Below, piece by piece: positions 13,401 to 23,895 of a stretch of 64,000 bases of DNA. The notes beneath the pieces were generated by a model that made no database searches, was not told the origin of the DNA, and was given only the letters and a program-made list of their open reading frames with translations. The position numbers and the translations under genes are program-made. Each line of letters begins with the position of its first letter. Position 1 is the stretch's first letter. Source of the DNA: Auanema rhodensis (Eukaryota; Animalia; Nematoda); the NCBI GenBank assembly GCA_964057225.1, contig OZ059895.1, positions 20,708,001 through 20,772,000 of the forward strand, read 5' to 3'.

Positions 13401-15599
13401 TCTTACAACAAATTCATTTAAATCTAACATGAATTATTTTTTCGTTTTAAAAAGCATTGAATTTCATTGTTTCTTGTAATATTGGATTTGATTATTGCTT
13501 CGTTTGTTTTAAGATTTTGCTTCTGCATAGCTTCAGTGCTCTAGCTGGTTTTCCATTTTTATGAGATTTTTCATCATCTTACAAGAAATTCAATTGAATC
13601 TAACATGAATTATTTTTTCGTTTTAAAAAGCACTGAATTTCATTGTTTCTTGTAATATTGGATTTGATTATTGCTTTGTTAGCTTTAAGATTTTTGCTAC
13701 TACATGTGCTGTGTTTACTGCTCTAGCTGGTTTTCACTTTTTATGAGATTTTTCATCATCTTACAACAAATTCATTTGAATCTAATATGAATTATTTTTT
13801 CGTTTTAAAAAGCATTGAATTTCATTGTTTCTTGTAATATTGGATTTGATTATTGCTTCGTTTATTTTGAGATTTTGCTTCTGCATAGCTTCAGTGCTCT
13901 AGCTGGTTTTCCATTTTTATGAGATTTTTCATCATCTTACAACAAATTCATTTAAATCTAACATGATTTATTTTTTCGTTTTAAAAAGCATTGAATTTCA
14001 TTGTTTCTTGTAATATTGGATTTGATTATTGCTTCGTTTATTTTGAGATTTTGCTTCTGCATAGCTTCAGTGCTCTAGCTGGTTTTCACTTTTTATGAGA
14101 TTTTTCATCATCTTACAACAAATTCATTTAAATCTAACATGAATTATTTTTTCGTTTTGAAAAGCATTGAATTTCATTGTTTCTTGTAATATTGGATTTG
14201 ATTATTGCTTCGTTTGTTTTAAGATTTTGCTTCTGCATGTCCTGTGTTTACTGCTCTAGCTGGTTTTCACTTTTTATGAGATTTTTCATCATCTTACAAG
14301 AAATTCAATTGAATCTAACATGAATTATTTTTTCGTTTGAAATAGCATTGAATTTCATTGTTCTTGTAATATTGGATTTGATTATTGCTTTGTTAGCTTT
14401 AAAATTTTTGCTACTACATGTCCTGTGTTTACTGCTCTAGCTGGTTTTCACTTTTTATGAGATTTTTCATCATCTTACAACAAATTCATTTAAATCTAAC
14501 ATGAATTATTTTTTCGTTTTAAAAAGCACTGAATTTCATTGTTTCTTGTAATATTGGATTTGATTATTGCTTTGTTAGCTTTAAGATTTTTGCTACTACA
14601 TGTGCTGTGTTTACTGCTCTAGCTGGTTTTCACTTTTTATGAGATTTTTCATCATCTTACAACAAATTCATTTAAATCTAACATGAATTATTTTTTCGTT
14701 TTAAAAAGCATTGAATTTCATTGTTTCTTGTAATATTGGATTTGATTATTGCTTCGTTTGTTTTAAGATTTTGCTTCTGCATAGCTTCAGTGCTCTAGCT
14801 GGTTTTCACTTTTTATGAGATTTTTCATCATCTTACAACAAATTCATTTAAATCTAACATGAATTATTTTTTCGTTTTAAAAAGCATTGAATTTCATTGT
14901 TTCTTGTAATATTGGATTTGATTATTGCTTCGTTTGTTTTAAGATTTTGCTTCTGCATGTCCTGTGTTTACTGCTCTAGCTGGTTTTCACTTTTTATGAG
15001 ATTTTTCATCATCTTACAACAAATTCATTTAAATCTAACATGAATTATTTTTTCGTTTTAAAAAGCATTGAATTTCATTGTTTCTTGTAATATTGGATTT
15101 GATTATTGCTTCGTTTGTTTTAAGATTTTGCTTCTGCATAGCTTCAGTGCTCTAGCTGGTTTTCCATTTTTATGAGATTTTTCATCATCTTACAAGAAAT
15201 TCAATTGAATCTAACATGAATTATTTTTTCGTTTTAAAAAGCACTGAATTTCATTGTTTCTTGTAATATTGGATTTGATTATTGCTTTGTTAGCTTTAAG
15301 ATTTTTGCTACTACATGTGCTGTGTTTACTGCTCTAGCTGGTTTTCACTTTTTATGAGATTTTTCATCATCTTACAACAAATTCATTTGAATCTAATATG
15401 AATTATTTTTTCGTTTTAAAAAGCATTGAATTTCATTGTTTCTTGTAATATTGGATTTGATTATTGCTTCGTTTGTTTTAAGATTTTGCTTCTGCATAGC
15501 TTCAGTGCTCCAGCTGGTTTTCCATTTTTATGAGATTTTTCATCATCTTGCAACAAATTCATTTGAATCTAATATGAACTATTTTTTCGTTTCAAATAG
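10411..15599 (+). repeat. SatB left arm: tandem satellite with 176/181/182-bp monomers, ~29 copies, T-rich strand on +
   Basis: Monomer starts (t/g)tgtttcttgtaat at 10411, 10587, 10769, 10951, 11133, 11315, 11497, 11673, 11849, 12030, 12206, 12388, 12564..., giving spacings of 176, 182 and 181. Confidence 0.97.
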
Positions 15600-15690
15600 T
15601 AATAAAAATAAGAGAAATAAACAAAGCAATACGAAGCAATAATCAAATCCAATATTACAAGAAACAATGAAATTCAATGCTTTTGTTATG
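15600..15690. other. SatB inversion breakpoint with patchwork filler and an adjacent 19-nt deletion
   Basis: The + arm ends ttcgtttcaaatag. Filler taataaaaataagagaaata is followed by aacaaagcaat and then acgaagcaataatcaaatcc (reverse-complement SatB). At 15685-15687, gtt replaces taaaacgaaaaaataattc. Confidence 0.9.
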
Positions 15691-18600
15691 TTAGATTTAA
15701 ATGAATTTGTTGTAAGATGATGAAAAATCTCATAAAAAGTGAAAACCAGCTAGAGCACTGAAGCTATGCAGAAGCAAAATCTTAAAACAAACGAAGCAAT
15801 AATCAAATCCAATATTACAAGAAACAATGAAATTCAATGCTTTTTAAAACGAAAAAGTAATTCATGTTAGATTTAAATGAATTTGTTGTAAGATGATGAA
15901 AAATCTCATAAAAAGTGAAAACCAGCTAGAGCAGTAAACACAGGACATGCAGAAGCAAAATCTTAAAACAAACGAAGCAATAATCAAATCCAATATTACA
16001 AGAACAATGAAATTCAATGCTTTTTCAAACGAAAAAATAATTCATGTTAGATTCAATTGAATTTCTTGTAAGATGAGGAAAAATCTCATAAAAAGTGAAA
16101 ACCAGCTAGAGCAGTAAACACAGGACATGCAGAAGCAAAATCTTAAAACAAACGAAGCAATAATCAAATCCAATATTACAAGAAACAATGAAATTCAATG
16201 CTTTTTAAAACGAAAAAATAATTCATGTTAGATTTAAATGAATTTGTTGTAAGATGATGAAAAATCTCATAAAAAGTGAAAACCAGCTAGAGCAGTAAAC
16301 ACAGGACATGCAGAAGCAAAATCTTAAAACAAACGAAGCAATAATCAAATCCAATATTACAAGAAACAATGAAATTCAGTGCTTTTTAAAACGAAAAAAT
16401 AATTCATGTTAGATTCAATTGAATTTCTTGTAAGATGATGAAAAATCTCATAAAAATGGAAAACCAGCTAGAGCAGTAAACACAGGACATGTAGTAGCAA
16501 AAATTTTAAAGCTAACAAAGCAATAATCAAATCCAATATTACAAGAAACAATGAAATTCAATGCTTTTTCAAACGAAAAAATAATTCATGTTAGATTTAA
16601 ATGAATTTCTTGTAAGATGATGAAAAATCTCATAAAAAGTGAAAACCAGCTAGAGCAGTAAACACAGCACATGTAGTAGCAAAAATCTTAAAACAAACGA
16701 AGCAATAATCAAATCCAATATTACAAGAAACAATGAAATTCAATGCTTTTCAAAACGAAAAAATAATTCATGTTAGATTTAAATGAATTTGTTGTAAGAT
16801 GATGAAAAATCTCATAAAAAGTGAAAACCAGCTAGAGCACTGAAGCTATGCAGAAGCAAAATCTTAAAACAAACGAAGCAATAATCAAATCCAATATTAC
16901 AAGAAACAATGAAATTCAATGCTTTTTAAAACGAAAAAATAATTCATGTTAGATTTAAATGAATTTGTTGTAAGATGATGAAAAATCTCATAAAAAGTGA
17001 AAACCAGCTAGAGCAGTAAACACAGCACATGTAGTAGCGAAAATTTTAAAGCTAACAAAGCAATAATCAAATCCAATATTACAAGAACAATGAAATTCAA
17101 TGCTTTTTCAAACGAAAAAATAATTCATGTTAGATTCAATTGAATTTCTTGTAAGATGATGAAAAATCTCATAAAAAGTGAAAACCAGCTAGAGCAGTAA
17201 ACACAGGACATGCAGAAGCAAAATCTTAAAACAAACGAAGCAATAATCAAATCCAATATTACAAGAAACAATGAAATTCAATGCTTTTTAAAACGAAAAA
17301 ATAATTCATGTTAGATTTAAATGAATTTGTTGTAAGATGATGAAAAATCTCATAAAAAGTGAAAACCAGCTAGAGCAGTAAACACAGCACATGTAGTAGC
17401 AAAAATCTTAAAACAAACGAAGCAATAATCAAATCCAATATTACAAGAAACAATGAAATTCAATGCTTTTCAAAACGAAAAAATAATTCATGTTAGATTT
17501 AAATGAATTTGTTGTAAGATGATGAAAAATCTCATAAAAAGTGAAAACCAGCTAGAGCACTGAAGCTATGCAGAAGCAAAATCTTAAAACAAACGAAGCA
17601 ATAATCAAATCCAATATTACAAGAAACAATGAAATTCAATGCTTTTTAAAACGAAAAAATAATTCATGTTAGATTTAAATGAATTTGTTGTAAGATGATG
17701 AAAAATCTCATAAAAAGTGAAAACCAGCTAGAGCAGTAAACACAGGACATGTAGTAGCGAAAATTTTAAAGCTAACAAAGCAATAATCAAATCCAATATT
17801 ACAAGAACAATGAAATTCAATGCTTTTTCAAACGAAAAAATAATTCATGTTAGATTCAATTGAATTTCTTGTAAGATGATGAAAAATCTCATAAAAAGTG
17901 AAAACCAGCTAGAGCAGTAAACACAGGACATGCAGAAGCAAAATCTTAAAACAAACGAAGCAATAATCAAATCCAATATTACAAGAAACAATGAAATTCA
18001 ATGCTTTTTAAAACGAAAAAATAATTCATGTTAGATTTAAATGAATTTGTTGTAAGATGATGAAAAATCTCATAAAAAGTGAAAACCAGCTAGAGCAGTA
18101 AACACAGCACATGTAGTAGCAAAAATCTTAAAGCTAACAAAGCAATAATCAAATCCAATATTACAAGAAACAATGAAATTCAATGCTTTTTCAAACGAAA
18201 AAATAATTCATGTTAGATTCAATTGAATTTCTTGTAAGATGATGAAAAATCTCATAAAAATGGAAAACCAGCTAGAGCACTGAAGCTATGCAGAAGCAAA
18301 ATCTTAAAACAAACGAAGCAATAATCAAATCCAATATTACAAGAAACAATGAAATTCAATGCTTTTTCAAACGAAAAAATAATTCATGTTAGATTTAAAT
18401 GAATTTGTTGTAAGATGATGAAAAATCTCATAAAAAGTGAAAACCAGCTAGAGCAGTAAACACAGGACATGTAGTAGCAAAAATTTTAAAGCTAACAAAG
18501 CAATAATCAAATCCAATATTACAAGAACAATGAAATTCAATGCTTTTTCAAACGAAAAAATAATTCATGTTAGATTCAATTGAATTTCTTGTAAGATGAT

Positions 18601-21600
18601 GAAAAATCTCATAAAAAGTGAAAACCAGCTAGAGCAGTAAACACAGGACATGCAGAAGCAAAATCTTAAAACAAACGAAGCAATAATCAAATCCAATATT
18701 ACAAGAAACAATGAAATTCAATGCTTTTCAAAACGAAAAAATAATTCATGTTAGATTTAAATGAATTTGTTGTAAGATGATGAAAAATCTCATAAAAAGT
18801 GAAAACCAGCTAGAGCACTGAAGCTATGCAGAAGCAAAATCTTAAAACAAACGAAGCAATAATCAAATCCAATATTACAAGAAACAATGAAATTCAATGC
18901 TTTTCAAAACGAAAAAATAATTCATGTTAGATTTAAATGAATTTGTTGTAAGATGATGAAAAATCTCATAAAAAGTGAAAACCAGCTAGAGCACTGAAGC
19001 TATGCAGAAGCAAAATCTTAAAACAAACGAAGCAATAATCAAATCCAATATTACAAGAACAATGAAATTCAATGCTTTTTCAAACGAAAAAATAATTCAT
19101 GTCAGATTCAATTGAATTTCTTGTAAGATGATGAAAAATCTCATAAAAAGTGAAAACCAGCTAGAGCAGTAAACACAGGACATGTAGTAGCAAAAATTTT
19201 AAAGCTAACAAAGCAATAATCAAATCCAATATTACAAGAAACAATGAAATTCAATGCTTTTTAAAACGAAAAAATAATTCATGTTAGATTCAATTGAATT
19301 TCTTTTAAGATGATGAAAAATCTCATAAAAAGTGAAAACCAGCTAGAGCAGTAAACACAGGACATGTAGTAGCAAAAATTTTAAAGCTAACAAAGCAATA
19401 ATCAAATCCAATATTACAAGAACAATGAAATTCAATGCTTTTCAAAACGAAAAAATAATTCATGTTAGATTTAAATGAATTTGTTGTAAGATGATGAAAA
19501 ATCTCATAAAAAGTGAAAACCAGCTAGAGCAGTAAACACAGGACATGTAGTAGAAAAAATTTTAAAGCTAACAAAGCAATAATCAATTCCAATATTACAA
19601 GAAACAATGAAATTCAATGCTTTTTCAAACGAAAAAATAATTCATGTTAGATTTAAATGAATTTCTTGTAAGATGATGAAAAATCTCATAAAAAGTGAAA
19701 ACCAGCTAGAGCAGTAAACACAGCACATGTAGTAGCAAAAATCTTAAAACAAACGAAGCAATAATCAAATCCAATATTACAAGAAACAATGAAATTCAAT
19801 GCTTTTCAAAACGAAAAAATAATTCATGTTAGATTTAAATGAATTTGTTGTAAGATGATGAAAAATCTCATAAAAAGTGAAAACCAGCTAGAGCACTGAA
19901 GCTATGCAGAAGCAAAATCTTAAAACAAACGAAGCAATAATCAAATCCAATATTACAAGAACAATGAAATTCAATGCTTTTTCAAACGAAAAAATAATTC
20001 ATGTCAGATTCAATTGAATTTCTTGTAAGATGATGAAAAATCTCATAAAAAGTGAAAACCAGCTAGAGCAGTAAACACAGGACATGTAGTAGCAAAAATT
20101 TTAAAGCTAACAAAGCAATAATCAAATCCAATATTACAAGAAACAATGAAATTCAATGCTTTTTAAAACGAAAAAATAATTCATGTTAGATTCAATTGAA
20201 TTTCTTTTAAGATGATGAAAAATCTCATAAAAAGTGAAAACCAGCTAGAGCAGTAAACACAGGACATGTAGTAGCAAAAATTTTAAAGCTAACAAAGCAA
20301 TAATCAAATCCAATATTACAAGAACAATGAAATTCAATGCTTTTTCAAACGAAAAAATAATTCATGTCAGATTCAATTGAATTTCTTGTAAGATGATGAA
20401 AAATCTCATAAAAAGTGAAAACCAGCTAGAGCAGTAAACACAGGACATGTAGTAGCAAAAATTTTAAAGCTAACAAAGCAATAATCAAATCCAATATTAC
20501 AAGAAACAATGAAATTCAATGCTTTTTAAAACGAAAAAATAATTCATGTTAGATTCAATTGAATTTCTTTTAAGATGATGAAAAATCTCATAAAAAGTGA
20601 AAACCAGCTAGAGCAGTAAACACAGGACATGTAGTAGCAAAAATTTTAAAGCTAACAAAGCAATAATCAAATCCAATATTACAAGAACAATGAAATTCAA
20701 TGCTTTTCAAAACGAAAAAATAATTCATGTTAGATTTAAATGAATTTGTTGTAAGATGATGAAAAATCTCATAAAAAGTGAAAACCAGCTAGAGCAGTAA
20801 ACACAGGACATGTAGTAGAAAAAATTTTAAAGCTAACAAAGCAATAATCAATTCCAATATTACAAGAAACAATGAAATTCAATGCTTTTTCAAACGAAAA
20901 AATAATTCATGTTAGATTTAAATGAATTTCTTGTAAGATGATGAAAAATCTCATAAAAAGTGAAAACCAGCTAGAGCAGTAAACACAGCACATGTAGTAG
21001 CAAAAATCTTAAAACAAACGAAGCAATAATCAAATCCAATATTACAAGAAACAATGAAATTCAATGCTTTTCAAAACGAAAAAATAATTCATGTTAGATT
21101 TAAATGAATTTGTTGTAAGATGATGAAAAATCTCATAAAAAGTGAAAACCAGCTAGAGCACTGAAGCTATGCAGAAGCAAAATCTTAAAACAAACGAAGC
21201 AATAATCAAATCCAATATTACAAGAAACAATGAAATTCAATGCTTTTTAAAACGAAAAAATAATTCATGTTAGATTTAAATGAATTTGTTGTAAGATGAT
21301 GAAAAATCTCATAAAAAGTGAAAACCAGCTAGAGCAGTAAACACAGGACATGTAGTAGAAAAAATTTCAAAGCTAACAAAGCAATAATCAATTCCAATAT
21401 TACAAGAAACAATGAAATTCAATGCTTTTTCAAACGAAAAAATAATTCATGTTAGATTTAAATGAATTTGTTGTAAGATGATGAAAAATCTCATAAAAAG
21501 TGAAAACCAGCTAGAGCAGTAAACACAGCACATGTAGTAGCAAAAATCTTAAAACAAACGAAGCAATAATCAAATCCAATAGTACAAGAAACAATGAAAT

Positions 21601-22958
21601 TCAATGCTTTTTAAAACGAAAAAATAAATCATGTTAGATTTAAATGAATTTGTTGTAAGATGATGAAAAATCTCATAAAAAGTGAAAACCAGCTAGAGCA
21701 CTGAAGCTATGCAGAAGCAAAATCTTAAAACAAACGAAGCAATAATCAAATCCAATATTACAAGAAACAATGAAATTCAATGCTTTTTAAAACGAAAAAA
21801 TAATTCATGTTAGATTTAAATGAATTTGTTGTAAGATGATGAAAAATCTCATAAAAAGTGAAAACCAGCTAGAGCAGTAAACACAGGACATGTAGTAGAA
21901 AAAATTTTAAAGCTAACAAAGCAATAATCAATTCCAATATTACAAGAAACAATGAAATTCAATGCTTTTTCAAACGAAAAAATAATTCATGTTAGATTTA
22001 AATGAATTTGTTGTAAGATGATGAAAAATCTCATAAAAAGTGAAAACCAGCTAGAGCAGTAAACACAGCACATGTAGTAGCAAAAATCTTAAAACAAACG
22101 AAGCAATAATCAAATCCAATAGTACAAGAAACAATGAAATTCAATGCTTTTTAAAACGAAAAAATAAATCATGTTAGATTTAAATGAATTTGTTGTAAGA
22201 TGATGAAAAATCTCATAAAAAGTGAAAACCAGCTAGAGCACTGAAGCTATGCAGAAGCAAAATCTTAAAACAAACGAAGCAATAATCAAATCCAATATTA
22301 CAAGAAACAATGAAATTCAATGCTTTTTAAAACGAAAAAATAATTCATGTTAGATTTAAATGAACTTCTTGTAAGATGATGAAAAATCTCATAAAAAGTG
22401 AAAACCAGCTAGAGCAGTAAACACAGGACATGTAGTAGAAAAAATTTTAAAGCTAACAAAGCAATAAACAAGCAATAAAAGCAGAGAAACAATGAAATTC
22501 AATGCTTTTTAACAATGAAAAACAAAGAAACAATGAAATTCAATGCTTTTTCAAACGAAAAAATAATTCATGTTAGATTTAAATGAATTTGTTGTAAGAT
22601 GATGAAAAATCTCATAAAAAGTGAAAACCAGCTAGAGCAGTAAACACAGCACATGTAGTAGCAAAAATCTTAAAACAAACGAAGCAATAATCAAATCCAA
22701 TATTACAAGAAACAATGAAATTCAATGCTTTTTAAAACGAAAAAATAATTCATGTTAGATTTAAATGAATTTGTTGTAAGATGATGAAAAATCTCATAAA
22801 AAGTGAAAACCAGCTAGAGCAGTAAACACAGGACATGCAGAAGCAAAATCTTAAAACAAACGAAGCAATAATCAAATCCAATATTACAAGAAACAATGAA
22901 ATTCAATGCTTTTTAAAACGAAAAAATAATTCATGTTAGATTTAAATGAATTTGTTGT
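15620..22958 (-). repeat. SatB right arm: same family in inverted orientation, ~41 copies
   Basis: agcaataatcaaatccaatattacaagaaacaatgaaattcaatgc is the reverse complement of left-arm gcattgaatttcattgtttcttgtaatattggatttgattattgct. The period is ~176-182. Confidence 0.97.
22467..22525. other. Deletion-insertion scar inside SatB built from locally templated fragments
   Basis: atcaa(a/t)tccaatattaca is missing and is replaced by aacaagcaata / aaagca / g / agaaacaatgaaattcaatgcttttt / aacaatgaaa / aacaa. Apart from the single g, each piece copies flanking sequence. Confidence 0.88.
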
Positions 22959-23895
22959 TTTATTGATATTGGTGCATGGTAACCATGACTTTGAAATTTA
23001 CGTGAACTTTAATTTATGCTAATTAAGTGAACTCATGATGTGCACTTGGTATGTAACTCGCTTCACGTGAAAGATAAAGGGATGCGGTTTTCAAAATTAG
23101 ATTCCCCATGTCCATATTAGTCTAAAAACAAATTTTTATTGATATTGGTGGATGGTAACCATGACTTTGAAATTTACGTGAACTTTAATTTATGCTAATT
23201 AAGTGCACACATGATGTGCACTTGGTATGTAACTCGCTTCACGTGAAAGATAAAGGGATGCGGTTTTCAAAATTAGATTTCGCATGTCCATATTAGTCTA
23301 AAAACAAATTGTTATTGATATTGGTGCATGGTAACCATGACTTTAAAATTTACGTGAACTTTAATTTATGCTAATTAAGTGTACACATGATGTGCACTTG
23401 GTATGTAACTCGCTTCAAGTCAAAGATAAAGAGATGCGGTTTTCAAAATTAGATTCCCCATGTCCATATAAGTCTAAAAACAAATTTTTATTGATATTGG
23501 TGCATGGTAACCATGACTTTAAAATTTACGTGAACTTCAATTTATGCTAATTAAGTGAACTCATGATGTGCACTTGGTATGTAACTCGCTTCACGTGAAA
23601 GATAAAGGGATGCGGTTTTCAAAATTAGATTTCCCATGTCCATATTAGTCTAAAAACAAATTTTTATTGATATTGGTGGATGGTAACCATGACTTTGAAA
23701 TTTACGTGAACTTTAATTTATGCTAATTAAGTGCACACATGATGTGCACTTGGTATGTAACTCGCTTCACGTGAAAGATAAAGGGATGCGGTTTTCAAAA
23801 TTAGATTTCGCATGTCCATATTAGTCTAAAAACAAATTTTTATTGATATTGGTGCATGGTAACCATGACTTTGAAATTTACGTGAACTTTAATTT

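Noticed and set aside
15436-15642. 68-aa ORF across the inversion point
   Set aside because: It starts at TTG, exists only because of a private tag>cag change in a SatB monomer, and runs into junction filler. Its composition simply reflects T-rich then A-rich DNA.
10411-22958. CRISPR-like constant/variable alternation in SatB
   Set aside because: The variable part has only about four related alleles rather than unique spacers, the constant part is >100 bp, and there are no cas genes or leader.
10411-22958. Foldback transposon with SatB arms as terminal inverted repeats
   Set aside because: The outer ends are at different monomer phases, the flanks are different satellites, and there is no target-site duplication or internal coding region.
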